From: a virus
Lineage: Duplodnaviria > Caudoviricetes
Length of the DNA stretch: 64,000 nucleotides
IMG/VR virus record: IMGVR_UViG_3300048672_000970
Span: 32,001 to 96,000 of that record
Direction: 5' to 3' (one strand)
Within the stretch, counting starts at the first letter, position 1. Each line of letters starts with the position of its first letter. The notes under the pieces were generated by a model that worked only from the letters and a program-made list of their open reading frames with translations, did no database searches and was not told the origin of the DNA. Shown piece after piece: positions 55,198 through 64,000 of this stretch. Position numbers and translations under genes: made by a program.

Positions 55198-56517
55198 ATG
55201 AGTAAAACCAACTTTTTTGAAATCATGCACGCTTGCGAATCCACTTCCGGGAAGGGAGCAAAGGAACGCATTCAGCAACAACTAACCCTGCTGGATGAAA
55301 CGGGCCAAAAGCTCGTAGAAGCCGCGCTAAACCCGTTTAGGACGTTTGGAGTGAAGAAGGTGAAGGTGAAAGGTTCTAACGGCTCTGGCAGCGTTCTAGA
55401 CCCCTTCCTGAGCCTTTTGGACAAGCTGGAAAAGCGAGAATTGACGGGGAATGCCGCGAAGGACAGTATCGAATCTGTACTCAGTCAATACAGTAAAGAA
55501 GAACAGAATTGGCTTATTCGAGTCATTATGAAGAATCTTCGAGCCGGTTTTACGGAGAACACTTATAACAAAGTGTTCCCGGATGCTGTCCCCGTTTTTG
55601 ATATCATGCTGGCTGATAAATATGATACGGATGAACAACTGAAACAAAACATTAAGTTCCCGGTATATGCTGAACACAAACTTGATGGGCAGCGGACAAT
55701 CGCGTTCCATTGTAATAATAACTCAACCGTGTATTATGCCCGAGGCGGCAGGCTGTCTGAACATCTGAATGGGTTGTTTGATTCGGAATTGCAACTACTG
55801 CGTGATATGTATGGATATGATATTGTCATTGACGGTGAAGTGATGGGTGAGTATTTCACCCAAACCATTAATGCCAAGAAGGGTGGTAATGACGATGCAA
55901 AACAAGCACTGGTGTTCCATGTTTTCAATATCATCCCAATGGATGAATGGAAAACTCGAAAGGTTTCTAGTAAGCTTTATGCGATGGCAACTGAACGCAA
56001 TGCCATGCTGGCCGCGCTGCATCAAGTTATGGCTCCCGCAAAATCTAAAATCGTGCCAGTAGAAGGAAAGATTGTTAACTCATTTGAAGAAGCTCAGGAA
56101 TTCTTTTCAGAAGTCATTGAATTTGCAGAAGGTCTTATCCTGAAAAATCCAATGGCTCACTATGAATTCGACCGTTCTCGTGAGTCTCGTGCGTGGATTA
56201 AATGGAAACCGTTTTTTGATGTAGACCTTGAAATCTATGATTGGTATTATGGCAATCCCGGTACTCGTCTAGAACATACTGTCGGTGGAATTAAATGCCG
56301 GGGTGCTGATGAGCATGGTAATAAAATCGATACCAATGTTGGCTCAGGTTTTTCTGATGAATTGCGTGCTGATATCCTCACCAACTTTGCTTCAAAGTAT
56401 TGCAACAAGATGGTTGAACTTCGTTACCAAGAATTGACCCTTGCTGAAAATGCATCAACCTACTCGCTCCGATTCCCGACTTTTAGAAAGATGCGTCCTG
56501 ATAAATTCGCCATGTGA
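55198..56517 (+). CDS. lig: ATP-dependent DNA ligase
   Basis: EHKLDGQR (KxDG), IDGEV, EGLILK, WIKWK, VGSGF, SLRFPTF. Confidence 0.93.
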   Translation: MSKTNFFEIMHACESTSGKGAKERIQQQLTLLDETGQKLVEAALNPFRTFGVKKVKVKGSNGSGSVLDPFLSLLDKLEKRELTGNAAKDSIESVLSQYSKEEQNWLIRVIMKNLRAGFTENTYNKVFPDAVPVFDIMLADKYDTDEQLKQNIKFPVYAEHKLDGQRTIAFHCNNNSTVYYARGGRLSEHLNGLFDSELQLLRDMYGYDIVIDGEVMGEYFTQTINAKKGGNDDAKQALVFHVFNIIPMDEWKTRKVSSKLYAMATERNAMLAALHQVMAPAKSKIVPVEGKIVNSFEEAQEFFSEVIEFAEGLILKNPMAHYEFDRSRESRAWIKWKPFFDVDLEIYDWYYGNPGTRLEHTVGGIKCRGADEHGNKIDTNVGSGFSDELRADILTNFASKYCNKMVELRYQELTLAENASTYSLRFPTFRKMRPDKFAM

Positions 56518-56547
56518 TGTAAATAGAGAAAACCAAATGGGAGTTAT

Positions 56548-56892
56548 ATGGAATTTGAACGTCTAGTTGAATTGGCTGGCATCAGTAACGAAGGGACATC
56601 AATCTCTGAACAAATGCTTGAAGAAGGTATCATCAGTAAGGTTGCACGGGTTGGTATCCTGATGGGTGAATCTGACGACCTTAAGACGACCGGCAAGGTG
56701 TTTTTCATCAAGAATGATAATCCGGCCGTTGAACTACTGGTACAGACACTCGGTATTCCGGGTGATGGCACCGCATTTCGTACAGGTATGCAAGGTTTCG
56801 CGTGCTATCACGAAGACCGGCAATTACTGTTTTTTGCGAAGTACAAGCGTGACCTGCCTGTGTACATTGACACGATGAATAAAAAGAAGTAA
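56548..56892 (+). CDS. hypothetical late protein
   Basis: TAAATA at 56520; ERLVELAGI N-terminus. Confidence 0.65.
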   Translation: MEFERLVELAGISNEGTSISEQMLEEGIISKVARVGILMGESDDLKTTGKVFFIKNDNPAVELLVQTLGIPGDGTAFRTGMQGFACYHEDRQLLFFAKYKRDLPVYIDTMNKKK

Positions 56893-56909
56893 GATGGTGT
56901 GATAAGTTT

Positions 56910-56938
56910 AGCCCCGGCAAAGCCGGGGCTTTTTCTTT
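56910..56938 (+). terminator. intrinsic terminator
   Basis: AGCCCCGGC-aaa-GCCGGGGCT + T-run. Confidence 0.75.
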
Positions 56939-57032
56939 AGGTGGGACAAAAGTGTAACAGTCCTTGACTTGCAGCCTCGTTCTTGGCACAATTCAATCAC
57001 TGTCTATCAAGTTCTCTTTTTTCGGAGCTACC

Positions 57033-57287
57033 ATGCAAGAAGTTATCGTTTATCGCAATCCGCTCGAAGCTGCGATGTGGCATGCCATCGCTAATACAGA
57101 GGCAAGCATTTGGCAGTACATTCTGTTCGGCGCACTGGTTGCTTTCATCATTCCGGTGCTGACCAATTACATTGCTGGTTGGCTCAAAATCCCGATGTAC
57201 AAGAAACAACAAATTCTGGCGAAGGGTGTTTACGTTGGCATCATTGTCGGTCTGGTAACGATGTTCATCGCCCCTTGGTTCATGTGA
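57033..57287 (+). CDS. small membrane protein
   Basis: GGAG SD; IVYRNPLEAAMW + 2 TM. Confidence 0.7.
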   Translation: MQEVIVYRNPLEAAMWHAIANTEASIWQYILFGALVAFIIPVLTNYIAGWLKIPMYKKQQILAKGVYVGIIVGLVTMFIAPWFM

Positions 57288-57296
57288 AAGGAAAAT

Positions 57297-57488
57297 ATGA
57301 ACGAAAATCAGCAAACGCTTTGTAAAGTGATTGCATACCAAATGTATGCAGCCCTGAAGAAAATTCCACCTGACAATCCGCAGCTTGCCAGTCAAATGCA
57401 GGAACTGGTGATGCGTCATTTGAATCGATTTCTGCATGGTGAGCAGGGTGGAATAGAATCAACCTGTAGTGAAGTGAAGGATTCATAA
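57297..57488 (+). CDS. hypothetical protein
   Basis: AAGGA SD. Confidence 0.55.
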   Translation: MNENQQTLCKVIAYQMYAALKKIPPDNPQLASQMQELVMRHLNRFLHGEQGGIESTCSEVKDS

Positions 57489-58609
57489 TGGACATGTTCC
57501 TGTGCGGAATCATTTTGCTGGTTGTAACGGGCGTTGTCGCTTTTCGAGTCAACAAGACCAGTTATGCACTGGTCGTTCCGATTTGTTTTTTCGTTGGTGG
57601 GCTGGCCCTATTGGTAATGATTTGGGGAATGAACGTATATGCTCAAGCGGCCGATGTTGAAATTTGGAATGGGATGGTGAACACTAAACACCGGGTGCAC
57701 GATAGTTATACCCGGCGTTATGACTGTAATTGCCACCAAGTTTGCTCCGGGTCTGGAAAGGATAGGTCGTGCTCAAATCGGTGTGATACCTGTACGGAAG
57801 AACATTACACGGTCAAGTGGTGGCTCAACACAACTATCGGAAAAATGTCGGTCAAAGAACTGGACAGCACTTCCCAATCCGTTTATAATGCCCCTGACCC
57901 GCAGTTGTTCATTGCCACTCAGCCCGGACAGCCAGTTGCAAAAACGCATACTTACATGAATTGGGTGAAAGCAAATGAACATTCCATTTTGAATCAACAG
58001 GCAATGGATATGTTCAAGCAGCATATCCCGCCTTACCCGAGTGGTGTGTATAACTTGTATCAAGTTGATCGTGTCCTGTGGGTGAACATGCCTGTAGTAA
58101 ATGCGCAACGGTGGAATAACGCCTTAGCAGAAATGCTGAAATTACGTGGCAATTCCGAGCAAGTGAACGTGGTACTTGTGTTTGCAAATCTGGACGATTC
58201 GATGTATAGTGAGGCACTGGAAGCCGCATGGAATCGTGCGAAAAAGAATGATGTCGTCATTGTCGTTGGTGTCACTGCAGAATTCAACGAACCGAAATGG
58301 GTGCGTGTGTTTTCGTGGACTGATGCGGCCGAATTCAAAATTATGCTCGCTGATGAATTGCTAACCACTCCGCTGAATCATGTTGACTTCATGCGTGTTA
58401 TCGGTGATAATATCGATAAGCGATTCGTTCGTAAGCAGATGAAAGATTTTGCTTACATGCAAGGGATGATTGAACTGCCCTGGTGGGCGGTCATGATTTA
58501 TCTGGCAATGCTGTGCGGTGCTGCGGTCTGGACGGTTGCATCGTATGGATACAGCGGATACAATAACCGCAAAAAGTTTTCTCCCAAGTCGTTCCGTAAC
58601 TTCCGTTGA
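57488..58609 (+). CDS. membrane protein with periplasmic Cys-rich/TPM-like domain
   Basis: N- and C-terminal TMs, CNC...C..C, AKKNDVVIVVG; paired with LemA-like gene. Confidence 0.7.
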   Translation: MDMFLCGIILLVVTGVVAFRVNKTSYALVVPICFFVGGLALLVMIWGMNVYAQAADVEIWNGMVNTKHRVHDSYTRRYDCNCHQVCSGSGKDRSCSNRCDTCTEEHYTVKWWLNTTIGKMSVKELDSTSQSVYNAPDPQLFIATQPGQPVAKTHTYMNWVKANEHSILNQQAMDMFKQHIPPYPSGVYNLYQVDRVLWVNMPVVNAQRWNNALAEMLKLRGNSEQVNVVLVFANLDDSMYSEALEAAWNRAKKNDVVIVVGVTAEFNEPKWVRVFSWTDAAEFKIMLADELLTTPLNHVDFMRVIGDNIDKRFVRKQMKDFAYMQGMIELPWWAVMIYLAMLCGAAVWTVASYGYSGYNNRKKFSPKSFRNFR

Positions 58610-58615
58610 AAGGAA

Positions 58616-59170
58616 ATGAAAATGTCGAAGATGATTATGATTGGTGCTGGTATTGCACTGGCAGTTGTCGCGGTCGCCGGTTATGTTGGTGCGGCCAATT
58701 CTGGCAACACCTTTGAACAGCAAATCAAGTACAAGTTCAAGGACAATGAAAACGTCCTTGCGCAGTATGGGCAAAAGATTACTGAGGCGGCGGGCGTGAC
58801 GGGGCTTGCTGCTGAAGACCTGCAAAAGACCATCAAGTCGGCCATTTCCGGCCGATACGGTGAAAACGGGTCTACTGCCGTCATGCAGATGATTACCGAA
58901 CAAAATCCGACTATCGCCCCCACGCTGTATCGCAATCTGCAAACCATGATTGCTGCCGGTCGTGACCGGTTTGAAAGTGCGCAAACGCAGCGAATGGCTA
59001 TTTGTCAAGCCTATGAAACGAAGCTTGGCACGGTTTTTGGTGGCACTATGATGCGCATTGCCGGCTATCCCCGTATTGACCTTGACAAATACTGTAAGGT
59101 CATCACTACTGTCCGAGCTGATGAAGCTTTCCGAACCGGCATTGAATCCGGCCCGTTGCTCAAGCGTTAA
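58616..59170 (+). CDS. LemA-like membrane-anchored protein
   Basis: N-terminal TM, helical body, RIAGYP. Confidence 0.55.
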   Translation: MKMSKMIMIGAGIALAVVAVAGYVGAANSGNTFEQQIKYKFKDNENVLAQYGQKITEAAGVTGLAAEDLQKTIKSAISGRYGENGSTAVMQMITEQNPTIAPTLYRNLQTMIAAGRDRFESAQTQRMAICQAYETKLGTVFGGTMMRIAGYPRIDLDKYCKVITTVRADEAFRTGIESGPLLKR

Positions 59171-59184
59171 CCCAGGAGACTAAC

Positions 59185-59379
59185 ATGTTCACGCCCGATA
59201 AGTCCCCTGAACAACGCGATAATCAGCTCGTTTCATTAAAGGCACAGCTTCATCAGGCTGAAGCCAATCTGAAGGCAGCTACCCATCCTTTCGCTATTCA
59301 AGCCTTTTCGGAACTGCGTGACATGTTGGTCAAGCGTATCACCACCATCGAAAAGACGTTTTCTAGTATTCCCAGCTAA
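59185..59379 (+). CDS. hypothetical protein
   Basis: AGGAG SD. Confidence 0.55.
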   Translation: MFTPDKSPEQRDNQLVSLKAQLHQAEANLKAATHPFAIQAFSELRDMLVKRITTIEKTFSSIPS

Positions 59380-59436
59380 CATTTGCATTCCGTTAGCGGG
59401 TATGGTAGAATGAATTAAATTGAACGAAAGGACACT

Positions 59437-59625
59437 ATGGCACAACTCGAAATCTTTGACATCAATAACCCGGACATGTATGACGAAACCGGCGTGTTGA
59501 AGAAAGAGTATTTTGAGCATATTTTCCGATTGACCACTTTGCAACCGAGTGATGTAATTGGTAAGGTTGCTAACAGCATCTTCCAGCTTGGTGAGATTCT
59601 AAATCCTGAGCTACATACAGAATAA
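59437..59625 (+). CDS. hypothetical protein
   Basis: AAGGA SD after a promoter. Confidence 0.55.
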   Translation: MAQLEIFDINNPDMYDETGVLKKEYFEHIFRLTTLQPSDVIGKVANSIFQLGEILNPELHTE

Positions 59626-59699
59626 CATCTAATAAATGTTATACTAGGCATCGGGAGGGGTTCTCGATGCTTCATTAACCCTCATTCAAGGAGTCAAGA

Positions 59700-60749
59700 A
59701 TGAAAATGAAAAAAGTAAAAGTAGTTATTGGCCGTTTTAGTGGCCTACACAATGGGCACATCAATCTACTGAATGTTGCTGCATCCGATGCTGACCTTGT
59801 GATCGTTGTTATTGGGAGTAGTTTCATCGCCCCGAATCCAAAAAATCCGTTTTCTTTTAGTGACCGGCGATACATGCTCCAAGAAGCAGTTGAAGCGATG
59901 CCATCAATGAATAACGTCGGTCTGCGAGTGGTTGGCGTTCGTGATTATGCTAACAACTCAAAGTGGATTGCCGAAACGGAACGAGTCGTCCATGAAGCCA
60001 TCACCGAATTTATGCCCGGTGAAAATCATGAAATCACACTGGTTGGATATGAGAAGGATGAAACTTCTTCTTATGTACACATGTTCAAGTGGAAGAAATA
60101 TCTGCTGTCCGACGCTGTCAATTTCAATAACCGGGTACTGTCTGCTACCGATATTCGTGAAGCACTGTTTAACGGGCAGCTAGAAAGTATCAAAGAGGGT
60201 GTGCCGGAAAGTACCTATCGGTTTCTATCCCGATATGCACAATCTGATGCGTTCAATTTGATGCGAGCTGAAAAGCAGTATTATACGGATTACCAAGCAG
60301 CGGCATCGGTGGCACCTTATCCTATCATTTACCAAACGTCTGATGCGGTGGTTGTCCAATCTGGACACATTCTACTAATCGAACGTAAGCACATTCCGGG
60401 CCAAGGACTTCTCGCGCTCCCTGGTGGATTCCTGCACACGAATGAACTGCGGATTGACGGGATGGTTCGTGAACTGCGGGAAGAAACTAGGATGAAAGTT
60501 CCCGAACCCGTTATTCGGCGGTCGGTGGTTAAATCTGAAGAATTTGAAGATCCGAATCGAAGCCTTCGGGGCCGTGTCATCACGAAAGCTTTTCTGGTAC
60601 AATTGGACGATACAAAAGACCTGCCGGCCGTCAAGGCGGCAGATGATGCAAAGAAGGCGTTTTGGTTCCCTTTGAGCCGCATTGATGAAATTCAGGACAG
60701 GTTCTTTGAAGACCATTACGACATTATCAAAACGTTGACTGGAGTCTAA
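59700..60749 (+). CDS. nadM: bifunctional NMN adenylyltransferase / Nudix ADP-ribose pyrophosphatase
   Basis: GRFSGLHNGH (HxGH), LSATDIR, Nudix box GG.....E...GMVRELREET. Confidence 0.92.
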   Translation: MKMKKVKVVIGRFSGLHNGHINLLNVAASDADLVIVVIGSSFIAPNPKNPFSFSDRRYMLQEAVEAMPSMNNVGLRVVGVRDYANNSKWIAETERVVHEAITEFMPGENHEITLVGYEKDETSSYVHMFKWKKYLLSDAVNFNNRVLSATDIREALFNGQLESIKEGVPESTYRFLSRYAQSDAFNLMRAEKQYYTDYQAAASVAPYPIIYQTSDAVVVQSGHILLIERKHIPGQGLLALPGGFLHTNELRIDGMVRELREETRMKVPEPVIRRSVVKSEEFEDPNRSLRGRVITKAFLVQLDDTKDLPAVKAADDAKKAFWFPLSRIDEIQDRFFEDHYDIIKTLTGV

Positions 60750-60947
60750 ATGTTTTACACCTTGGTGCAAATGGCGTGCGTTTCTATCTGCTGGGCCGCC
60801 CTTTATGATAGAATGACTGAACATGAATTGCCGTTCCTTCGCAAAAGCTTTCTGGCAACGGTATTCAGTTCATTTGCACTTATCCCAATTTTCGGATGGC
60901 TGCTTGTGTGGCTGGCGATTATCGACTTGTTCGTTAAGCGCAAGTGA
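60750..60947 (+). CDS. small membrane protein
   Basis: hydrophobic, GGAG SD. Confidence 0.55.
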   Translation: MFYTLVQMACVSICWAALYDRMTEHELPFLRKSFLATVFSSFALIPIFGWLLVWLAIIDLFVKRK

Positions 60948-61045
60948 TGGTAGTCGATTCTGAAATGAACTGAGAAATCAGTTCACACCAGTTATCAAGG
61001 GGGTCTTGATAACTGTTCTCTCAACTAAAGTAAAGGAGTTTTACT

Positions 61046-62455
61046 ATGAATGCAAATAATCCCGCCCTCCGTTTCATGAACACGAATCTCATCCTGGCCG
61101 CTGACTCGTATAAGACGAGCCAGTATCCGATTTTCCCGGATAGCCAAGAAGGGCTGTATGTGTACATTGAGGCGCGGAGTAAGGGTGATATCATTGTTCC
61201 AGCCGGCATTAAGGCCATGCTTGAACGGTATCTCAGTACGCCAATCACTCAGGAAATGATTGATGAAGCCGAACAGTTCATCACCGGGCATGGCGAGCCG
61301 TTTAACCGTGAAGGATGGGAATACATCCTGAATCAATATGGCGGTTGGCTTCCGTTCACGATTCGAGCTATTCCGGAAGGCATGCCGGTTCCGTCGAGCA
61401 TTCCGCTGTTCACGGTTGAATGCTCTGACAAGAAGGCTAAATTCGCTGCGACGTATATTGAAACATGGTGTCAGCGAGGTGTGTGGTATCCTACTACCAT
61501 TGCTTCGCAAGGCTATGAAGCGAAAAAGGAAATCAAGCGGTATTACGAAATTTCTGGCGCAGAAATGAGTGATCTGGCGTTTGGTCTTCTAGATTTTGCT
61601 GGCCGCGGTTTTACTTGTGGCGAACAGGCGCAACTTGGCACGATGGCGCACATGTACAATTGGCTCGGCACTGATACGATGGAAGGTGTTCTGTTCACTA
61701 ACAACCTGTACGGCTGTGAAATGGCAGGATTTTCTGTCCCAGCGTCCGAACACAATAATCAAATTTCGTTTGGGGAAGAAAACGAATATGAATATGTGAA
61801 AAAGATGCTGGACACGTATGCCAAGCCTGGAAAGGTCGTTAGCATTGTCATTGATGGATATAATGCACACCAGTGTGTTGACATGCTGTGTGAACAGTTT
61901 GGCGATTTCATCAAAACGAGTGGTGCTTTGGTTTGTGCACGTCATGATTCCGGCCTCGCCGAAGAACAGATTAGCTGGCTGCTGAATCGACTGGCTAAGA
62001 CGTTCGGTTATACCATTAACGCGAAGGGGTACAAAAAGCTCAATTGCGTGAAGGTGCTGTGGGGTGATGGCATCAATCAAATGACCATTCGGAGCCTGTA
62101 CGGTTTCGTTGTGGCTAACGGATGGGCTGCAAATAACATCACTCTCGGTTCTGGTGGTGGTCTGATGCAATCGTGCACCCGTGACACTTACAAGTTTGCC
62201 ATGAAGGGTTCTGCCCAACTGGTGAATGGTGTTTGGAAGGGTATGTCGAAGCGGCCGATTACTGACCCTGGCAAGCGCAGCAAGGAAGGTCGTGTTGCGG
62301 CTTGCCAGATGGCGGATGGAAGTTATGGTTGGTATGACCTTGATATTGGTCTGCCGGAAGGTGCTTCTGATATCATGGAAACCATCTATGATTGCGGAAA
62401 GCGGTTTGAAATGGCAAATCTGGATACCATCCGTGCTCGCACGGGACTGTGGTGA
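61046..62455 (+). CDS. nadV: nicotinamide phosphoribosyltransferase
   Basis: ADSYKTSQ, WYPTTIAS, GTDT, SVPASEH, SIVIDGY, GSGGGL, KRSKEG. Confidence 0.93.
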   Translation: MNANNPALRFMNTNLILAADSYKTSQYPIFPDSQEGLYVYIEARSKGDIIVPAGIKAMLERYLSTPITQEMIDEAEQFITGHGEPFNREGWEYILNQYGGWLPFTIRAIPEGMPVPSSIPLFTVECSDKKAKFAATYIETWCQRGVWYPTTIASQGYEAKKEIKRYYEISGAEMSDLAFGLLDFAGRGFTCGEQAQLGTMAHMYNWLGTDTMEGVLFTNNLYGCEMAGFSVPASEHNNQISFGEENEYEYVKKMLDTYAKPGKVVSIVIDGYNAHQCVDMLCEQFGDFIKTSGALVCARHDSGLAEEQISWLLNRLAKTFGYTINAKGYKKLNCVKVLWGDGINQMTIRSLYGFVVANGWAANNITLGSGGGLMQSCTRDTYKFAMKGSAQLVNGVWKGMSKRPITDPGKRSKEGRVAACQMADGSYGWYDLDIGLPEGASDIMETIYDCGKRFEMANLDTIRARTGLW

Positions 62456-62461
62456 TTCAGC

Positions 62462-62492
62462 AGAAAAGGGGCTTCGGCCCCTTTTCTTTTTC
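62462..62492 (+). terminator. intrinsic terminator with UUCG loop
   Basis: AGAAAAGGGGC-TTCG-GCCCCTTTTCT + T-run. Confidence 0.85.
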
Positions 62493-62526
62493 TAACCCCA
62501 TGTAAATAATAAAAACTATCATTGGC

Positions 62527-64000
62527 ATGGCAGCATTCAAACAATTTTTAGCTGAGATGAAATTTACCGAAGTGATGCCGAAAGGCTTCAAAGAGTTTCA
62601 CGACAAGTACAAGACGAAACAATTCAAAGACGAGCATCTATTTGTCAACTTTTCAAACCATATTGGTAACGTTGATGACAAAACTTCTTATGCAAATCCA
62701 GACCATCATGACCCGCAAGGCACATATGGCTATCCACTGAAATATGTGATTGACCATCCGAGTGACCTGATGTATGGGGTGTCGGCGAAGTTTTTACGGG
62801 TGTTACAACCTTCTTCTAATGCAAACATTCTCTGGCTTCAACATATGATGCCAAACCAACAGCGGAAAATGTTCAACCAGTTTTTTCATAAGATTGAAAT
62901 GGAAACGGCGATTAAAGCCATGCGCACTCATCGGAATCTAGAAAATGATAACTCAGCTTGGTTTTCGTGTATGCAGCTACCCGAGACTGAAATGGATACA
63001 CTGATTAGCTGGTATAAAACTAAAAAACAAAACAGGGAACGAATTGACCTGAAAATTTTATCTGCTGGCGAGCAAACAAAAAGATTCCGAATGTTTGACA
63101 TTGACGCCATTCTAGATACGGCGTCTAATCTCAAAAAAGCCATTATCAACGACCGTGAGCCGGAACAAATTGTGTTCCTACACCGAGGCGCTTTCAAAAC
63201 TGTGGAAGTGTTTAATCTAAGGGACGTTAAAGAAACTCGTGGTGAAAGTATCACTAACATTTCTTCTGCGCACGAGCAAGAAACTTGTAGAAAGATTGCT
63301 GCTGAAGTTGCATTGCGTATCGGTGAAAAGTTACTTTCAACTGCACCAATGACTAATAACATGGGCGGCTATAACGTATTTTTCACGAAGTCTGGACAAC
63401 TCATTTGGGTTGACATGCAGAATTCTGCCGAACGAGAGGGTTTGAAAATGGGGCAGAAGAAACATAAAGAATTTAAGAAGAATGACAGGCATGAAGTGGC
63501 TATTCGAGTTACTGGAAAGAAACAAAAGGTTGAGGGAAAGTTTGGTATTGATTACTCGATTGAGGAAATGGCTAATATTATCAAGCGGTATTATGAAATG
63601 GCTGATGACGTTGAAACCTTTACCCCGTTCCATTCTGCCAAAGAATATACAGACCATCAGGCCAAATTGAGTAGTCTGGCCGCCAAAAAACGTGCGCGCG
63701 CCGAATACATGGCTGCAGGTACGGAGAAGATTAAAGAAGGTGTAGAAAAGTTCTATCATGCTTTCGGAGTGACCCCTGATAACTTAGCTACAGAAGCTGA
63801 TGTGTTATGGGTATTCAAAAACATTCAAATGGCGTTACCGTTCTATTTTGATTCTAAAGAGTCAGTGCAAGATGAGGCATTACAGCAAGAATCATACCTC
63901 AGAAATATTGGCACCAAAATTGCTCGTAATTTTGTAATGTCGTTGGCTGATGAGTTACCCGCCCGGATGGATTTGCCACAGCTTGAAAAGGTGTTAGATA
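62527..64000 (+). CDS. large late protein, runs off right edge (MAAFKQFLAE...), possible ART-like domain
   Basis: frame open 62527 to window end (missing from the ORF track, no stop); TAAATA at 62503. Confidence 0.75.
   Translation, partial: MAAFKQFLAEMKFTEVMPKGFKEFHDKYKTKQFKDEHLFVNFSNHIGNVDDKTSYANPDHHDPQGTYGYPLKYVIDHPSDLMYGVSAKFLRVLQPSSNANILWLQHMMPNQQRKMFNQFFHKIEMETAIKAMRTHRNLENDNSAWFSCMQLPETEMDTLISWYKTKKQNRERIDLKILSAGEQTKRFRMFDIDAILDTASNLKKAIINDREPEQIVFLHRGAFKTVEVFNLRDVKETRGESITNISSAHEQETCRKIAAEVALRIGEKLLSTAPMTNNMGGYNVFFTKSGQLIWVDMQNSAEREGLKMGQKKHKEFKKNDRHEVAIRVTGKKQKVEGKFGIDYSIEEMANIIKRYYEMADDVETFTPFHSAKEYTDHQAKLSSLAAKKRARAEYMAAGTEKIKEGVEKFYHAFGVTPDNLATEADVLWVFKNIQMALPFYFDSKESVQDEALQQESYLRNIGTKIARNFVMSLADELPARMDLPQLEKVLD

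Noticed and set aside
1-64000. Genome-wide stop-codon reassignment
   Set aside because: Long conserved genes are intact under the standard code, TAG/TGA/TAA all act as stops, and no suppressor tRNA was found.

Overview
64 kb segment of a large lytic, T4-superfamily-like (jumbo) myophage genome, probably infecting a proteobacterium. Genes left of ~19.8 kb run on the minus strand: a TerD/TelA/TerC cluster, GIY-YIG proteins, a guanylate kinase, an AAA ATPase, a DinG-like helicase, a CRISPR array, tRNA-Lys and a split helicase/nuclease/methyltransferase module. Genes right of ~29.5 kb run on the plus strand: paralog-rich early genes, tRNAs, dCMP deaminase, two small DnaE-like fragments, GroES, clamp loader, DNA ligase and NAD salvage genes. 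Between these arms, two ~0.9 kb non-coding repeat blocks in inverted orientation flank a convergent baseplate/PAAR/tail-lysin cluster. Highlights: (1) an 11-repeat type I-F-like CRISPR array with a divergent repeat, 33-nt spacers and a complete IHF-containing I-F-type leader, but no recognisable cas gene in the window; (2) six copies of a modular, covarying hairpin element at the point where transcription diverges (candidate origin or structured ncRNA); (3) a Type ISP-like restriction-modification system split over four genes; (4) atypical tRNAs; (5) early promoters whose -10 box sits in a palindrome loop. All protein calls come from motifs read by eye; no database searches were run.
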